From Candidatus Dormiibacterota bacterium (GTDB lineage Bacteria > Chloroflexota > Dormibacteria > Dormibacterales > Dormibacteraceae), in the NCBI GenBank assembly GCA_035473835.1, contig DATINX010000046.1, forward strand, positions 1 to 49,063: 49,063 nt of DNA, written 5' to 3'. The position numbers were made by a program, and so were the translations under genes. Below are positions 8,606-19,205 of the stretch, piece after piece. The first letter of the stretch is position 1. The number at the start of each line of letters is the position of its first letter. The notes beneath the pieces were generated by a model that was not told the origin of the DNA, ran no database searches, and saw only the letters and a program-made list of their open reading frames with translations.

Positions 8606-9748
8606 TTAGGAAACGCGGTCGGCAGGGACCTGGGCACCTGCTCCCGAGTCAGCGACGACGACTCGTATTCGCTGCACCGAGTTGTTCTGAACACCCTCTC
8701 GGTTCCAGTTTTGTTCGGTCGGCTGGACGTTGCCCTCGGCGTCGGTCGCACGGGCGCTCAACTCGTAGTCGCCGGGTCGCGTCGCGTCCCACGCATAGCT
8801 CCATGGGCGCCAGGCAAACGCTGAGATCGCGGCACCCAGCTCCGCCGCCGCCCACGACTTACCGCCGTCCACGCTCACCTCAACTTTCGTCACCGGTGCG
8901 CCCCCGGACCACGCCCGGCCGGTCAGGACCTGATGAGAAGGCGACACGAACCGCACACGCGACATGAAGTCTGGGATGCCCGGCGGCACCATCAAAGCCC
9001 GGGGCAGCATGCGCGTGACCGGCACCCCGCGATCGTCCTCGGCGAGACGGTAGTGGTACGCGGTCGCCTGCTGGTAGCCCTCGAACCCGGACTCGAGGAC
9101 CGTGATGCCTCGCAGCCACTTGACATGCGCCATCCCGTACCAGCCTGGGACGATCAACCGGAGTGGGAAGCCATGCTGCGGGGGTAGTGGGCTGCCATTG
9201 ATCGCGTACGCCAGCAGGACCTCCTCTCTCCAGCACTCGCCGAGGGGGAGGCTCCGCTCGTAATGCTGCTCCACGTCGCCCTGGATCCCTCGGTCGAGCC
9301 CGGTGAACACGACATCGCCGGCTCGCTCCCCAACCCCGGCCTCTTCGAGCAGCGCGCCCAAAGGAGTGCCAGTCCATTCGGCCGTCCCGACCGCCTCGAC
9401 CAGCCACGGCTGGCTGAGAGGTCGCGGCGACAGGCGGGCGCGGCCGTTGCCGGCGCACTCGAGAGTCACGGCGATCGTCTTCGCAGGCCTGTTACGGATC
9501 TGCTGCAGGTCGAGGCGCAGCGGCTTGCGCACGTAACCGCCGATGTTGAGCACCCAGGAGTCGGGGTCGACCACCGGGATGTCGAAATGGATCAAGAGGT
9601 AGTGGAGTCCGACCGGGGTGAGGTCGTAACGCAGCGCCTCGAGCGGCATCGAGTGGTTGCGAACCGCCAGCTGGAGCTCGTCAGGCGTGATCCCCGGCTC
9701 TGGGATCAGCGTCCCCGCAGGCTTCGTATCCGTGAGCCTCCCTTTCAT
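8606..9748 (-). CDS. Sulfite-oxidase-family molybdopterin oxidoreductase
   Basis: 380 aa. TLECAGNGR motif (Mo-ligand Cys) followed by a C-terminal Ig-like dimerisation-type region. No obvious signal peptide. Confidence 0.8.
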   Translation of the reverse strand: MKGRLTDTKPAGTLIPEPGITPDELQLAVRNHSMPLEALRYDLTPVGLHYLLIHFDIPVVDPDSWVLNIGGYVRKPLRLDLQQIRNRPAKTIAVTLECAGNGRARLSPRPLSQPWLVEAVGTAEWTGTPLGALLEEAGVGERAGDVVFTGLDRGIQGDVEQHYERSLPLGECWREEVLLAYAINGSPLPPQHGFPLRLIVPGWYGMAHVKWLRGITVLESGFEGYQQATAYHYRLAEDDRGVPVTRMLPRALMVPPGIPDFMSRVRFVSPSHQVLTGRAWSGGAPVTKVEVSVDGGKSWAAAELGAAISAFAWRPWSYAWDATRPGDYELSARATDAEGNVQPTEQNWNREGVQNNSVQRIRVVVADSGAGAQVPADRVS

Positions 9749-9751
9749 CCT

Positions 9752-10162
9752 CTATCTCCCGTCCATCGCGACCACGGCAACCTCGACGGTGCGTGTGCGT
9801 GGTCCGTCCCATTCGCAAAGAAAGATCGCCTGCCACGTGCCGAGGCTGAGCTTGCCGCCGCGCACGGGTGCCGTGGTGCTCGCGCCGACCAGCGCGGTCT
9901 TGATGTGGGAATCGGAGTTCCCTTCCGCATGGCGATAGCCAGGATCCGCAGGCGCAATCTTTGCCAGCTGCGCCTCGATATCCCGGGCGACGTCGTGGTC
10001 GGCGCCTTCGTTGATCGTCACGCCCGCGGTTGTATGCGGAACGAACACGTGGCACACGCCCTCCGACACGCTTGAACGCGCGACGACCTGGGCGACTTTG
10101 CTGGTCACGTCCAGGAGCTGGACGCGCCGCTCAGTCCTGACGCCGAAGCTTTCCCAGGCCAA
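9752..10162 (-). CDS. YjbQ/UPF0047 family protein (secondary thiamine-phosphate synthase-like)
   Basis: 136 aa with CHVFVPHTTAGVTINE...DSHIKTALVGAS...LGTWQAIFLCEWDGPRTR, the characteristic YjbQ pattern. Confidence 0.85.
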   Translation of the reverse strand: MAWESFGVRTERRVQLLDVTSKVAQVVARSSVSEGVCHVFVPHTTAGVTINEGADHDVARDIEAQLAKIAPADPGYRHAEGNSDSHIKTALVGASTTAPVRGGKLSLGTWQAIFLCEWDGPRTRTVEVAVVAMDGR

Positions 10163-10705
10163 TCAGACCGCGGCGCGGGTGCGCACCAGCGCGTCGATGA
10201 TCGCCGGGACGAACTGGGGGAGGTCCTTGGGGGATCGCGACGTGATCAGGTTGCCATCGACGACCACCGCTTCGTCCACGAATCGAGCTCCGGCCGCAAC
10301 CATGTCGTCCTTGATAGAGAAGAAAGAGGTGGCGCGCCGTCCCTTCACGATTCCCGCGGAAATGAGCATCCAGCCGGCATGGCAGATCGCGGCGACCGGC
10401 TTGCCGGCCTGGTCCATGTCTCGCACGAATGCGACCATGCTCGGCTTGCGCCGCATCTGGTCGGGCGAGTAGCCACCGGGGATGATCACCGCGTCGAAGT
10501 CGGCCACGCGCACGGCATCGATGCCAACGTCGGGCACGACGGGGTATCCGTGCTTGCTCTTGAACGACTCGGCGCGGCCGCTGCCGACGATCTCCACGTC
10601 CGCGCCCGCCTCGAGTAGTCGGTAGTACGGGTACCACAGCTCCATGTCCTCGTAGAGCTCCTCGGCGAAAATCGCGATCTTCTTGCCTGCCAGCTCCTGG
10701 CTCAT
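10163..10705 (-). CDS. DJ-1/PfpI family protein (type 1 glutamine amidotransferase-like)
   Basis: 180 aa. AAICHAGW nucleophile-elbow Cys-His and the GGYSPD motif. Directly abuts the yjbQ-like start. Confidence 0.85.
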   Translation of the reverse strand: MSQELAGKKIAIFAEELYEDMELWYPYYRLLEAGADVEIVGSGRAESFKSKHGYPVVPDVGIDAVRVADFDAVIIPGGYSPDQMRRKPSMVAFVRDMDQAGKPVAAICHAGWMLISAGIVKGRRATSFFSIKDDMVAAGARFVDEAVVVDGNLITSRSPKDLPQFVPAIIDALVRTRAAV

Positions 10706-11291
10706 GTCACAACCTCCTGCGGATTGGTGGCCGCGAGCGGCTCGTTCACATATCGAAGGTAAACCACGCCGGTTCCGAACGTTCGAGATTCGACGAGCCG
10801 CAGGTTCATCCGGGCCGGCACGTCCGGAAGGAATCTCGTGCCGGAGCCCAGCACGACCGGGTGAACGATGGGTTGGATCTCATCGACCAGGCCGAGCCGG
10901 ACTGCCGCCGCCGCGAGATGCGCCCCGCCGATGGTGATGTCCTGCCCAGGTTCCGCTTTGAGCCTTTGGATCTCGTCGGCCAGGTCGCCCGCGGCCAGCC
11001 TGCTGTTGCCTTCGACCTTGTCGAGCGTGTGCGAAAACACCACCTTTGGCTTTTCGCGCCAGATCCTGGCGAATTCAATTGCGTAATCGGGGAGCGAGCT
11101 GTCGGCTTCGGCGGTTTGCCAGTACCTCATGGCTTCGTACAGCCGCCGCCCGTACAGAAACACTCCGGACTCGCGTGCCTGCTGGTTGGCGAACCTGTGC
11201 AGCTCCTCTTCGACGATGACCCAGTCGATCTCCCCATGCGGCCCTTCGATGAAGCCGTCGAGAGACACCATCATCGAGTACATGAGCTTTC

Positions 11292-11295
<4 letters not shown>
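10702..11295 (-). CDS. Dihydrofolate-reductase-like (RibD C-terminal domain) family protein
   Basis: 197 aa beginning MRKLMYSMMVSLDGFIEGPHGEIDW, with ITIGGAHLAAAAVRLGLVDE, typical of YyaP/RibD_C family proteins. ATGA-type overlaps on both sides. Confidence 0.8.
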
Positions 11296-13895
<2,600 letters not shown>

Positions 13896-14041
13896 TAGTG
13901 TGCAGATCCGGCGTGCTCCGCTCGCGGAGCTGGGGCGGCAGGTGCACCTGCCCCTTTCGACCGTGCCCGATTATCTGAAGAGGGATCGCTTTGTCTGCTG
14001 AAGCCACGGTGCGCGGCCCCGCAGGCGCTCGAAGACGCGGC

Positions 14042-14067
14042 CGCGGCCGGACGGGGGTGGCCGGCCG
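14042..14067 (-). terminator. GC hairpin just downstream of the dksA-like stop
   Basis: GCGGCCGG (14042-14049) pairs with CCGGCCGC (14060-14067) around a 10-nt loop, 5 nt past the stop at 14072. There is no clear U-tract. Confidence 0.3.
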
Positions 14068-14071
14068 CCGG

Positions 14072-14326
14072 CTAGGGCAGCGGGTTAGCCTGGTCCCAGG
14101 CCGACTGGCAGCGGACGCACCGGGTAGCGTCGGGCAGCACCTGCAACCGTTCGGCCCCGATCGGCCGCGAACAGTCCTCGCAGACACCGAAAGCGCCCTT
14201 GGCGAGCCGCTCGCGGGCATGCTCCGCCTGGGCGGCGTCCTGCTCGATGATCCGCTGGATCGTGTCGCTGGTGGCACGGTCGGTGACGATTTGAGCGAAA
14301 TCGGGCTCTCGGAATCCTTTGCTCAT
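14072..14326 (-). CDS. DksA/TraR-family C4 zinc-finger protein
   Basis: 84 aa from ATG 14326 beginning MSKGF, with CEDCSRPIGAERLQVLPDATRCVRCQ (CxxC-N17-CxxC). The ORF-track N-terminal extension to 14494 runs through intergenic repeats. Confidence 0.8.
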   Translation of the reverse strand: MSKGFREPDFAQIVTDRATSDTIQRIIEQDAAQAEHARERLAKGAFGVCEDCSRPIGAERLQVLPDATRCVRCQSAWDQANPLP

Positions 14327-14356
14327 CCCTTCAGTATGCCCACCAATGCCATGTCT

Positions 14357-14376
14357 GTCGCGCGCGTCCTCTATTA
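14357..14376 (-). repeat. Copy C of the recurring 20-nt motif TAWWRRAGGACGCGCGCGNN
   Basis: Minus-strand reading is TAATAGAGGACGCGCGCGAC. 14 of 20 positions are invariant with the copies at 23826-23845 and 37701-37720. Confidence 0.6.
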
Positions 14377-14410
14377 GTGCGACCCCACCCCTATTAGTGT
14401 GACCCCACCC
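14371..14410. repeat. Tandem direct repeat, 2 x 20 bp
   Basis: CTATTAGTGCGACCCCACCC followed by CTATTAGTGTGACCCCACCC (one mismatch). It lies in the divergent region between the dksA-like gene (start 14326) and the dioxygenase gene (start 14497). Confidence 0.9.
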
Positions 14411-14496
14411 CACTTCGTGTTTCCGGACGGGGCCACGCGGGAATGGAAATCGGTTGGGAGCCGTAGTCTCAGGAGAGAACCCATGGAGGACCACCG

Positions 14497-15405
14497 ATGA
14501 AACTCGAAGGCATACACCACGTCAGCTCGATCACGGGTGACGCGCAGGCCAATGTCGACTTCTATGCCGGCGTGCTCGGCCTGCGTATGGTCAAGAAGAC
14601 CGTCAACCAGGACGACCCGACCGTCTACCACCTGTTCTACGGCGACGACAAGGGAAGCCCGGGGCTCGACCTGACCTTCTTCGAATATCCCGGCGCGCAC
14701 CCGGGGCGGCCCGGCCAGGGCATGATCCACCGGATCGTCCTCCGGGTCGGCTCCGAGAAGGCCCTCGACTTCTGGGAGGACCGCCTGGACAACGTGAAAC
14801 GGTCGCCGGGGTCTCTGGTCTTCACCGACCCCGAGGGCCTCGGCCTGGAGCTTCGAGTTGTCGACAGATCTGATGCCCCGCTCACCGCAGCGCACCCGGA
14901 GATCCCCGCCGAGCACGCGATCCAGGGTTTTGAAGAGGTCCGCGCCTATACGACCGAACCGGAAGCCAGCCGCCGGCTTCTCGAGGGCGCGCTTGGCTTC
15001 GAGCGTGCCGGGAGCATGTCGTGGGAGGCTCGCGGCGAGAAGCGAGGTGGCCGCTATGTATACGACCCGTCACCAGCCGAGCGCGGCATACCGGGCGCCG
15101 GCACCGTCCACCACGTCGCGTGGGCATCTCTCGACGACCAGCAGCTGGCGTGGCGCGACCGTGTGATCGCGGGTGGTTCTCACCCGACGCCGGTGATCGA
15201 CAGATACTGGTTCCGCTCGGTCTACTTCCGAGAGGCCAGCGGTGTGCTTTTCGAGATCGCCACGATTGGACCTGGTTTTGCCGTGGACGAAGATCCGGAG
15301 CACCTTGGCGAGCGCCTGGTGCTGCCGCCGAAGTTCGAGAGCTTGCGCGATCGGCTCACCGAAACGCTGACTCCGATCCAGGCGCCGGCCGCTGCCCGCA
15401 GCTAG
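14497..15405 (+). CDS. Ring-cleaving dioxygenase, VOC superfamily (MhqA/MhqO-like)
   Basis: 302 aa beginning MKLEGIHHVSSITGDAQANVDFYAGVLGLRMVKKTVNQDDPTVYHLFYGD, with a second VOC repeat carrying HHVAW. GGAGGA lies 7 nt upstream of the ATG. Confidence 0.8.
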   Translation: MKLEGIHHVSSITGDAQANVDFYAGVLGLRMVKKTVNQDDPTVYHLFYGDDKGSPGLDLTFFEYPGAHPGRPGQGMIHRIVLRVGSEKALDFWEDRLDNVKRSPGSLVFTDPEGLGLELRVVDRSDAPLTAAHPEIPAEHAIQGFEEVRAYTTEPEASRRLLEGALGFERAGSMSWEARGEKRGGRYVYDPSPAERGIPGAGTVHHVAWASLDDQQLAWRDRVIAGGSHPTPVIDRYWFRSVYFREASGVLFEIATIGPGFAVDEDPEHLGERLVLPPKFESLRDRLTETLTPIQAPAAARS

Positions 15406-16241
15406 CGGCACGCCGGCTCGTCCAGATGGGTGAGCTCCGTGCTCACCTTCCAAAGGCGTTTCGCGACCGCATCGTCGTAGGTCACCTTCGACGACTTGAT
15501 TGGCACGCTCTTTCTGTTGAAGAAGCGGCCGCTGACGCCTTCGACTTCAGTGGACGACGCGAGGAACACGCTCGGCCGGGCCCCATCCACGGCCTTGCCT
15601 CTCATGAACGAGAACAGGCTGAACGGGAATGGCACTTTCAGGTTCGTCTTCACAAACCCCGGCTTGAGGGCATTGGCCGTCACCCCCGTGCCCTCGAGGC
15701 GGCGCGCCAGCTCGTACGTGAACAGGATGTTGGCCAGCTTGGACTGGTTGTAGACGCGAATCTCGCCGTAGCTCTTCTCGCCGAGCAGGTCGTCGAAGTC
15801 GAGCCTGCCCATCGCATGAGCGCCACTCGAGACAGTGATGACGCGGGATGGGGCGCCGGCCTTCAGCGCGGGCAGCAGCAGGTTCGTCAGCAGGAACGGC
15901 GCCAGGTGGTTGGTGGCGAAGACAGCTTCCAGCCCGTCGGCAGTGTCAGCGCGCTTCGGCAAGGAAACTCCCGCATTGTTGACCAGAACGTGCAGCCGGT
16001 CGTGGCGCTTCTCGAAGTCCGCGACCAGATCGCGAATCGATGCCTGCGAGGAGAGGTCCGCCACCAGCAGCTCGACCTCCCCATTGCCGGTCCGCTGCGC
16101 GACTTCCGCCCTGGCCACCTCGCCCCGAACGCGGTCGCGGCTGACCATCACCAGGTTTGCCCCCAGGCCGGCGAGCCCCAAAGATATCTCCTTGCCCATG
16201 CCGCTGTTCGCTCCGGTCACCATCGCCACCTTGCCGCGCAT
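15402..16241 (-). CDS. Short-chain dehydrogenase/reductase (SDR)
   Basis: 279 aa with VAMVTGANSGMGKE (TGxxxGxG), NNAG, and Y-x3-K (YNQSKLAN). Confidence 0.88.
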   Translation of the reverse strand: MRGKVAMVTGANSGMGKEISLGLAGLGANLVMVSRDRVRGEVARAEVAQRTGNGEVELLVADLSSQASIRDLVADFEKRHDRLHVLVNNAGVSLPKRADTADGLEAVFATNHLAPFLLTNLLLPALKAGAPSRVITVSSGAHAMGRLDFDDLLGEKSYGEIRVYNQSKLANILFTYELARRLEGTGVTANALKPGFVKTNLKVPFPFSLFSFMRGKAVDGARPSVFLASSTEVEGVSGRFFNRKSVPIKSSKVTYDDAVAKRLWKVSTELTHLDEPACR

Positions 16242-16285
16242 GCTCGCTCTCCTTTCCTTCCAGATAGAGCCAAAAATCGGCGATT

Positions 16286-16316
16286 TACTGGTACTTTACC
16301 ACGATAGTACAGTACC
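16286..16316. promoter_or_regulatory. Candidate MarR operator with four GTACT-like half-sites in inverted arrangement
   Basis: TACTGGTACT (16286-16295) and AGTACAGTACC (16306-16316) lie in an AT-enriched stretch between the divergent SDR (start 16241) and marR (start 16344). Confidence 0.4.
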
Positions 16317-16343
16317 GCAACTTCGGCGATATGCTTCCATTCG

Positions 16344-16811
16344 ATGGCCAGGCCGAGTAAGCCCACGCCGCCCCCCTCGACGCATTTGCGACTGGAAGGG
16401 GAAGTGGTCGGCCTGTGGTTACAGATGCAAGGCCGCCTGCAGGCCCACTTCACAAGGCTGGCGGCCGATTACGGGCTGTCGGCGGTCCAGGCCAAGGTGC
16501 TCCTCACGCTCCAGCCGGGTGGAGCGATGACCATGCGCGTCCTCGCCGCGCAGCTCGAGCACGACGCCTCCAACCTGACCGGCGTCGTCGATCGGCTGGA
16601 AGAGCTGGGCGCGGTGCGCCGCGAGTCTCCACCCCACGACCGGCGCGCCAAGAACATCGTGCTGACGGACGACGGCCGGCGCCGTCGCCAGGACTTCTGG
16701 CAGCAGCTCACCAGCAGCTCCGGCCCGCTGGGCCAGCTGAACAGCCGCGAGCTTTCGAGCCTGCGCGGCCTGCTGCGCTCAGCCTTGGGGAGCGGCCCCG
16801 CGCAGCGTTGA
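16344..16811 (+). CDS. MarR-family transcriptional regulator
   Basis: 155 aa with winged-HTH region LSAVQAKVLLTL...MTMRVLAAQLEHDASNLTGVVDRLEELGAVRRESPPHDRRAKNIVLT. Confidence 0.88.
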   Translation: MARPSKPTPPPSTHLRLEGEVVGLWLQMQGRLQAHFTRLAADYGLSAVQAKVLLTLQPGGAMTMRVLAAQLEHDASNLTGVVDRLEELGAVRRESPPHDRRAKNIVLTDDGRRRRQDFWQQLTSSSGPLGQLNSRELSSLRGLLRSALGSGPAQR

Positions 16812-16905
16812 GCTGCTGTAGCGTGGGTCTCTGCTGACCCAGGGAGGCTGGATGAAGATTCGGGGCATTGGTATCGACCGGCGCCCCGGTCAGGGAGGTG
16901 CGGCA

Positions 16906-17763
16906 GTGCGGGTAGCCATTCTCGGCACCGGAAAGATGGGAGGCGCGATGGCGCGGAGGCTAGCGGCCTTGGGCCACGAGCTGGCCGTGTGGAACAGGAC
17001 ACCTGAGCGTGCGAAGGCGCTCGGAGTCGGCCAGGTGATGACGACCCCCGCCGAAGCGGCGCAGAAGGCCGACGTGGTGATCTCGATGCTGACCGACGCC
17101 GATGCGGTCCGGGTCGCTTATCTGGGCGACAACGGGGCGGCAAAGGGGGCCAATGATCAGGTGTTCGTCGATATGAGCACTGCGGGCCCCGATGTGGAGA
17201 AAGAGGTCGCGGCCGCCATCGAACGGGCGGGAGCCGACTTTGTCGAGGCGCCAGTGCTCGGCAGCGTCGGCGCCGTGGAGGCCGGCACCCTCATCATCTT
17301 CGCGGCGGGCGATGAGGCGGCCGTCGAGCGCGCCCGTCCTGTGCTCAAGGACCTCGGCGAGGTCCGCGGAGTGGGCGAGCTCGGCACCGCCTCATCGCTC
17401 AAGCTTGTCGCCAACAGCATGCTGGCCGGCGTCAGCGCGCTGGCGGCGGAGCTGATGTCCACGGGCACGGCCGCAGGGCTGAATCCCGAAGACGTGTTCT
17501 GGGTCCTCAGCCGGATCGCGCCGGTCCTGAACGCACGGAAGGCCGGCTTTGTCGAGCATCGGTACGAACCTGTCACATTCGCGTTGCGCGATGCGCTGAA
17601 GGACGTGCGTCTGGCGCTCGATCTCTTCAAACGAACGGGGACGACAACGCCGCTGACGATGGCGATCGAGGAGCTCTACGAGCGCGCTGCCAGGTCCGCC
17701 GGGGAGCTGGACATGTCTGCCATCGCCACGATTTACGAAAGGCAGCCCACCCGCGCGAAATGA
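16906..17763 (+). CDS. NAD(P)-dependent beta-hydroxyacid dehydrogenase (3-hydroxyisobutyrate/6-phosphogluconate dehydrogenase-like)
   Basis: VRVAILGTGKMGGAMARRL Rossmann N-terminus. Start set to GTG 16906, with GGGAGG 8 nt upstream. The ORF-track ATG 16852 would add 18 non-conserved residues. Confidence 0.82.
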   Translation: MRVAILGTGKMGGAMARRLAALGHELAVWNRTPERAKALGVGQVMTTPAEAAQKADVVISMLTDADAVRVAYLGDNGAAKGANDQVFVDMSTAGPDVEKEVAAAIERAGADFVEAPVLGSVGAVEAGTLIIFAAGDEAAVERARPVLKDLGEVRGVGELGTASSLKLVANSMLAGVSALAAELMSTGTAAGLNPEDVFWVLSRIAPVLNARKAGFVEHRYEPVTFALRDALKDVRLALDLFKRTGTTTPLTMAIEELYERAARSAGELDMSAIATIYERQPTRAK

Positions 17764-17860
17764 TCAGCGCCAGTCTGTAGAAGCACACAAACGTCACGGC
17801 CTGACTTTGTGCGCGGGATACGTAACGAACTCGGTTCCTGGCACGTAACGTCGACCTCAA

Positions 17861-18295
17861 ATGCAGATTGCTCAACCGGTCGCGCGCTTCTCGGCGGAGA
17901 CATCGGCGTCCACCGACCTCGACGGGGTTTTTCGCTGGCTCATCGACCGCCAGGGCAACCCCCTGCGCCTCGTCATCGACGACCTTCCCGCGCTCGGACG
18001 CGACTCCATGATCAGGCTGGCCCGGCCGGTGACCGCCGCCCGAGCAGTTCTGTGCACGCTGTGGCTTGTCGAGGATCTCGAGTCGGGGACCTGCCTGCTC
18101 GCCGGCCAGCTGCGCTTCGTCGCCCACCCAACCAGGTCCGGGATCAGGCTGACCTTCAGCGGACGGGCCGCTGTCGCGGTGACATCGGGATTCCTTCGCC
18201 GCCAGGCAGACCACGCCGCGCACCAGCTGGTGGAGCTGATCGCAAGATCGATCGAGCGCCCGGCAGCCGCGGGCGGGCTTCAGGTCGCCATCTGA
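17861..18295 (+). CDS. Hypothetical protein (no family recognised)
   Basis: 144 aa. Strong third-position G/C bias in this frame supports coding. No motif that I can place. Confidence 0.5.
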   Translation: MQIAQPVARFSAETSASTDLDGVFRWLIDRQGNPLRLVIDDLPALGRDSMIRLARPVTAARAVLCTLWLVEDLESGTCLLAGQLRFVAHPTRSGIRLTFSGRAAVAVTSGFLRRQADHAAHQLVELIARSIERPAAAGGLQVAI

Positions 18296-18327
18296 TCCGA
18301 GCCGGGAGAGTGTTCTGACGCTGCCGA

Positions 18328-19098
18328 TCAGCAGGCGTAGTCGCGATCGAAGGTCGACACGTACTGCACCAGCCAGACCCTGGCACCCGTGAAGCCGACC
18401 GCCGAACAGTAGGGCTTCGCCTGCGTCAACGTTCTCTGGCCGGTGCCAATCCAGTCGGCGTCGACGGGAGCCCGGAAGCCGCCGGTGATCGCGTTCCACT
18501 GATTTGACGTCGAGTAGATGCCGACAGGAGCCGACGTCCCCTGCCTCAGCCTTGCGATGATCCCGTCGATCGCATAACGGTTGAGGCTGAGATCGCTCGA
18601 CGACCAGCTGTTGGAAGTCTCGACATCCAGCCACCATGCGCTTGGCGGCCGCACCGATTGGCTCGAAAGATGGGCGATGTCACGCTCCGCTTCGCTGCAT
18701 CCCACCGCCCACGCCGCCTGCTGCTGCAGGCTACCGCCGACAGCCTGCGACGAGCTCGCACAGACCGGCGTTACGTGGCGGCCATCGATCTTCGCGTAAG
18801 TCGCGTCATAGCCGGTGTTGATGTAAGCCGCCACGTTGCCGGTCTTCGCGGCGGCTGCAAACTCCGCTGCCAGGCAGTTGTTGTAGTCGTTGAACGGGTA
18901 GCCCCGATTGATGCCGACCACTCCGAAACTCGCGGCGGGAGCGGTCCTCGAGCATTGCGGATAAGAGAAGTCGTACCCGCCGGTCCCGCTGGCGTATAGG
19001 TCGAAACCGGCAAAACCCACCGAGTTGACGGCCACCAGCGCCGCCACAGCGATGGGGAGGCCGAATGTTGCCTTCGGGATGCTCAGTGCGAATTGCAC
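18328..19098 (-). CDS. Secreted glycoside-hydrolase-like protein (GH25 / DUF1906-like)
   Basis: 256 aa. The N-terminal hydrophobic stretch looks like a signal peptide (GLPIAVAALVAVNSVGFAG). Contains GYDFSYPQC and WWLDVE motifs, reminiscent of GH25 muramidase / Rv2525c-like domains. Confidence 0.6.
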   Translation of the reverse strand: MQFALSIPKATFGLPIAVAALVAVNSVGFAGFDLYASGTGGYDFSYPQCSRTAPAASFGVVGINRGYPFNDYNNCLAAEFAAAAKTGNVAAYINTGYDATYAKIDGRHVTPVCASSSQAVGGSLQQQAAWAVGCSEAERDIAHLSSQSVRPPSAWWLDVETSNSWSSSDLSLNRYAIDGIIARLRQGTSAPVGIYSTSNQWNAITGGFRAPVDADWIGTGQRTLTQAKPYCSAVGFTGARVWLVQYVSTFDRDYAC

Positions 19099-19205
19099 AG
19101 CCCTCTTGTGGAGACGCTACTAGTCGCCGTCGCGCGAGATCAAGCCTCGAATGTGAATTTTGGGTAAATCCACCGGTGACCCGCGACTTGGCCGCGCAAA
19201 TCGGC

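Noticed and set aside
14371-14410. Possible CRISPR-like array, because of two identical-length direct repeats.
   Set aside because: There are only two abutting 20-bp units with no spacers and no cas genes in the window. This is a simple tandem duplication or binding-site pair.
14072-14494. N-terminally extended ORF-track models: 14072..14494, 25156..26124, 38727..40148, 29429..30226, 21394..22356, 19206..20714, 6256..7332 and 23290..23760.
   Set aside because: The extensions are low-complexity, overlap neighbouring genes or regulatory repeats, and lack homology. Internal starts with SD sequences or start-stop overlaps give family-typical N-termini.
15402-15405. Convergent genes overlapping by 4 nt, sharing the palindrome CTAG as both stop codons.
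   Set aside because: It is real in the sequence, but it is a trivial consequence of TAG being half of a palindrome. No functional implication can be supported.
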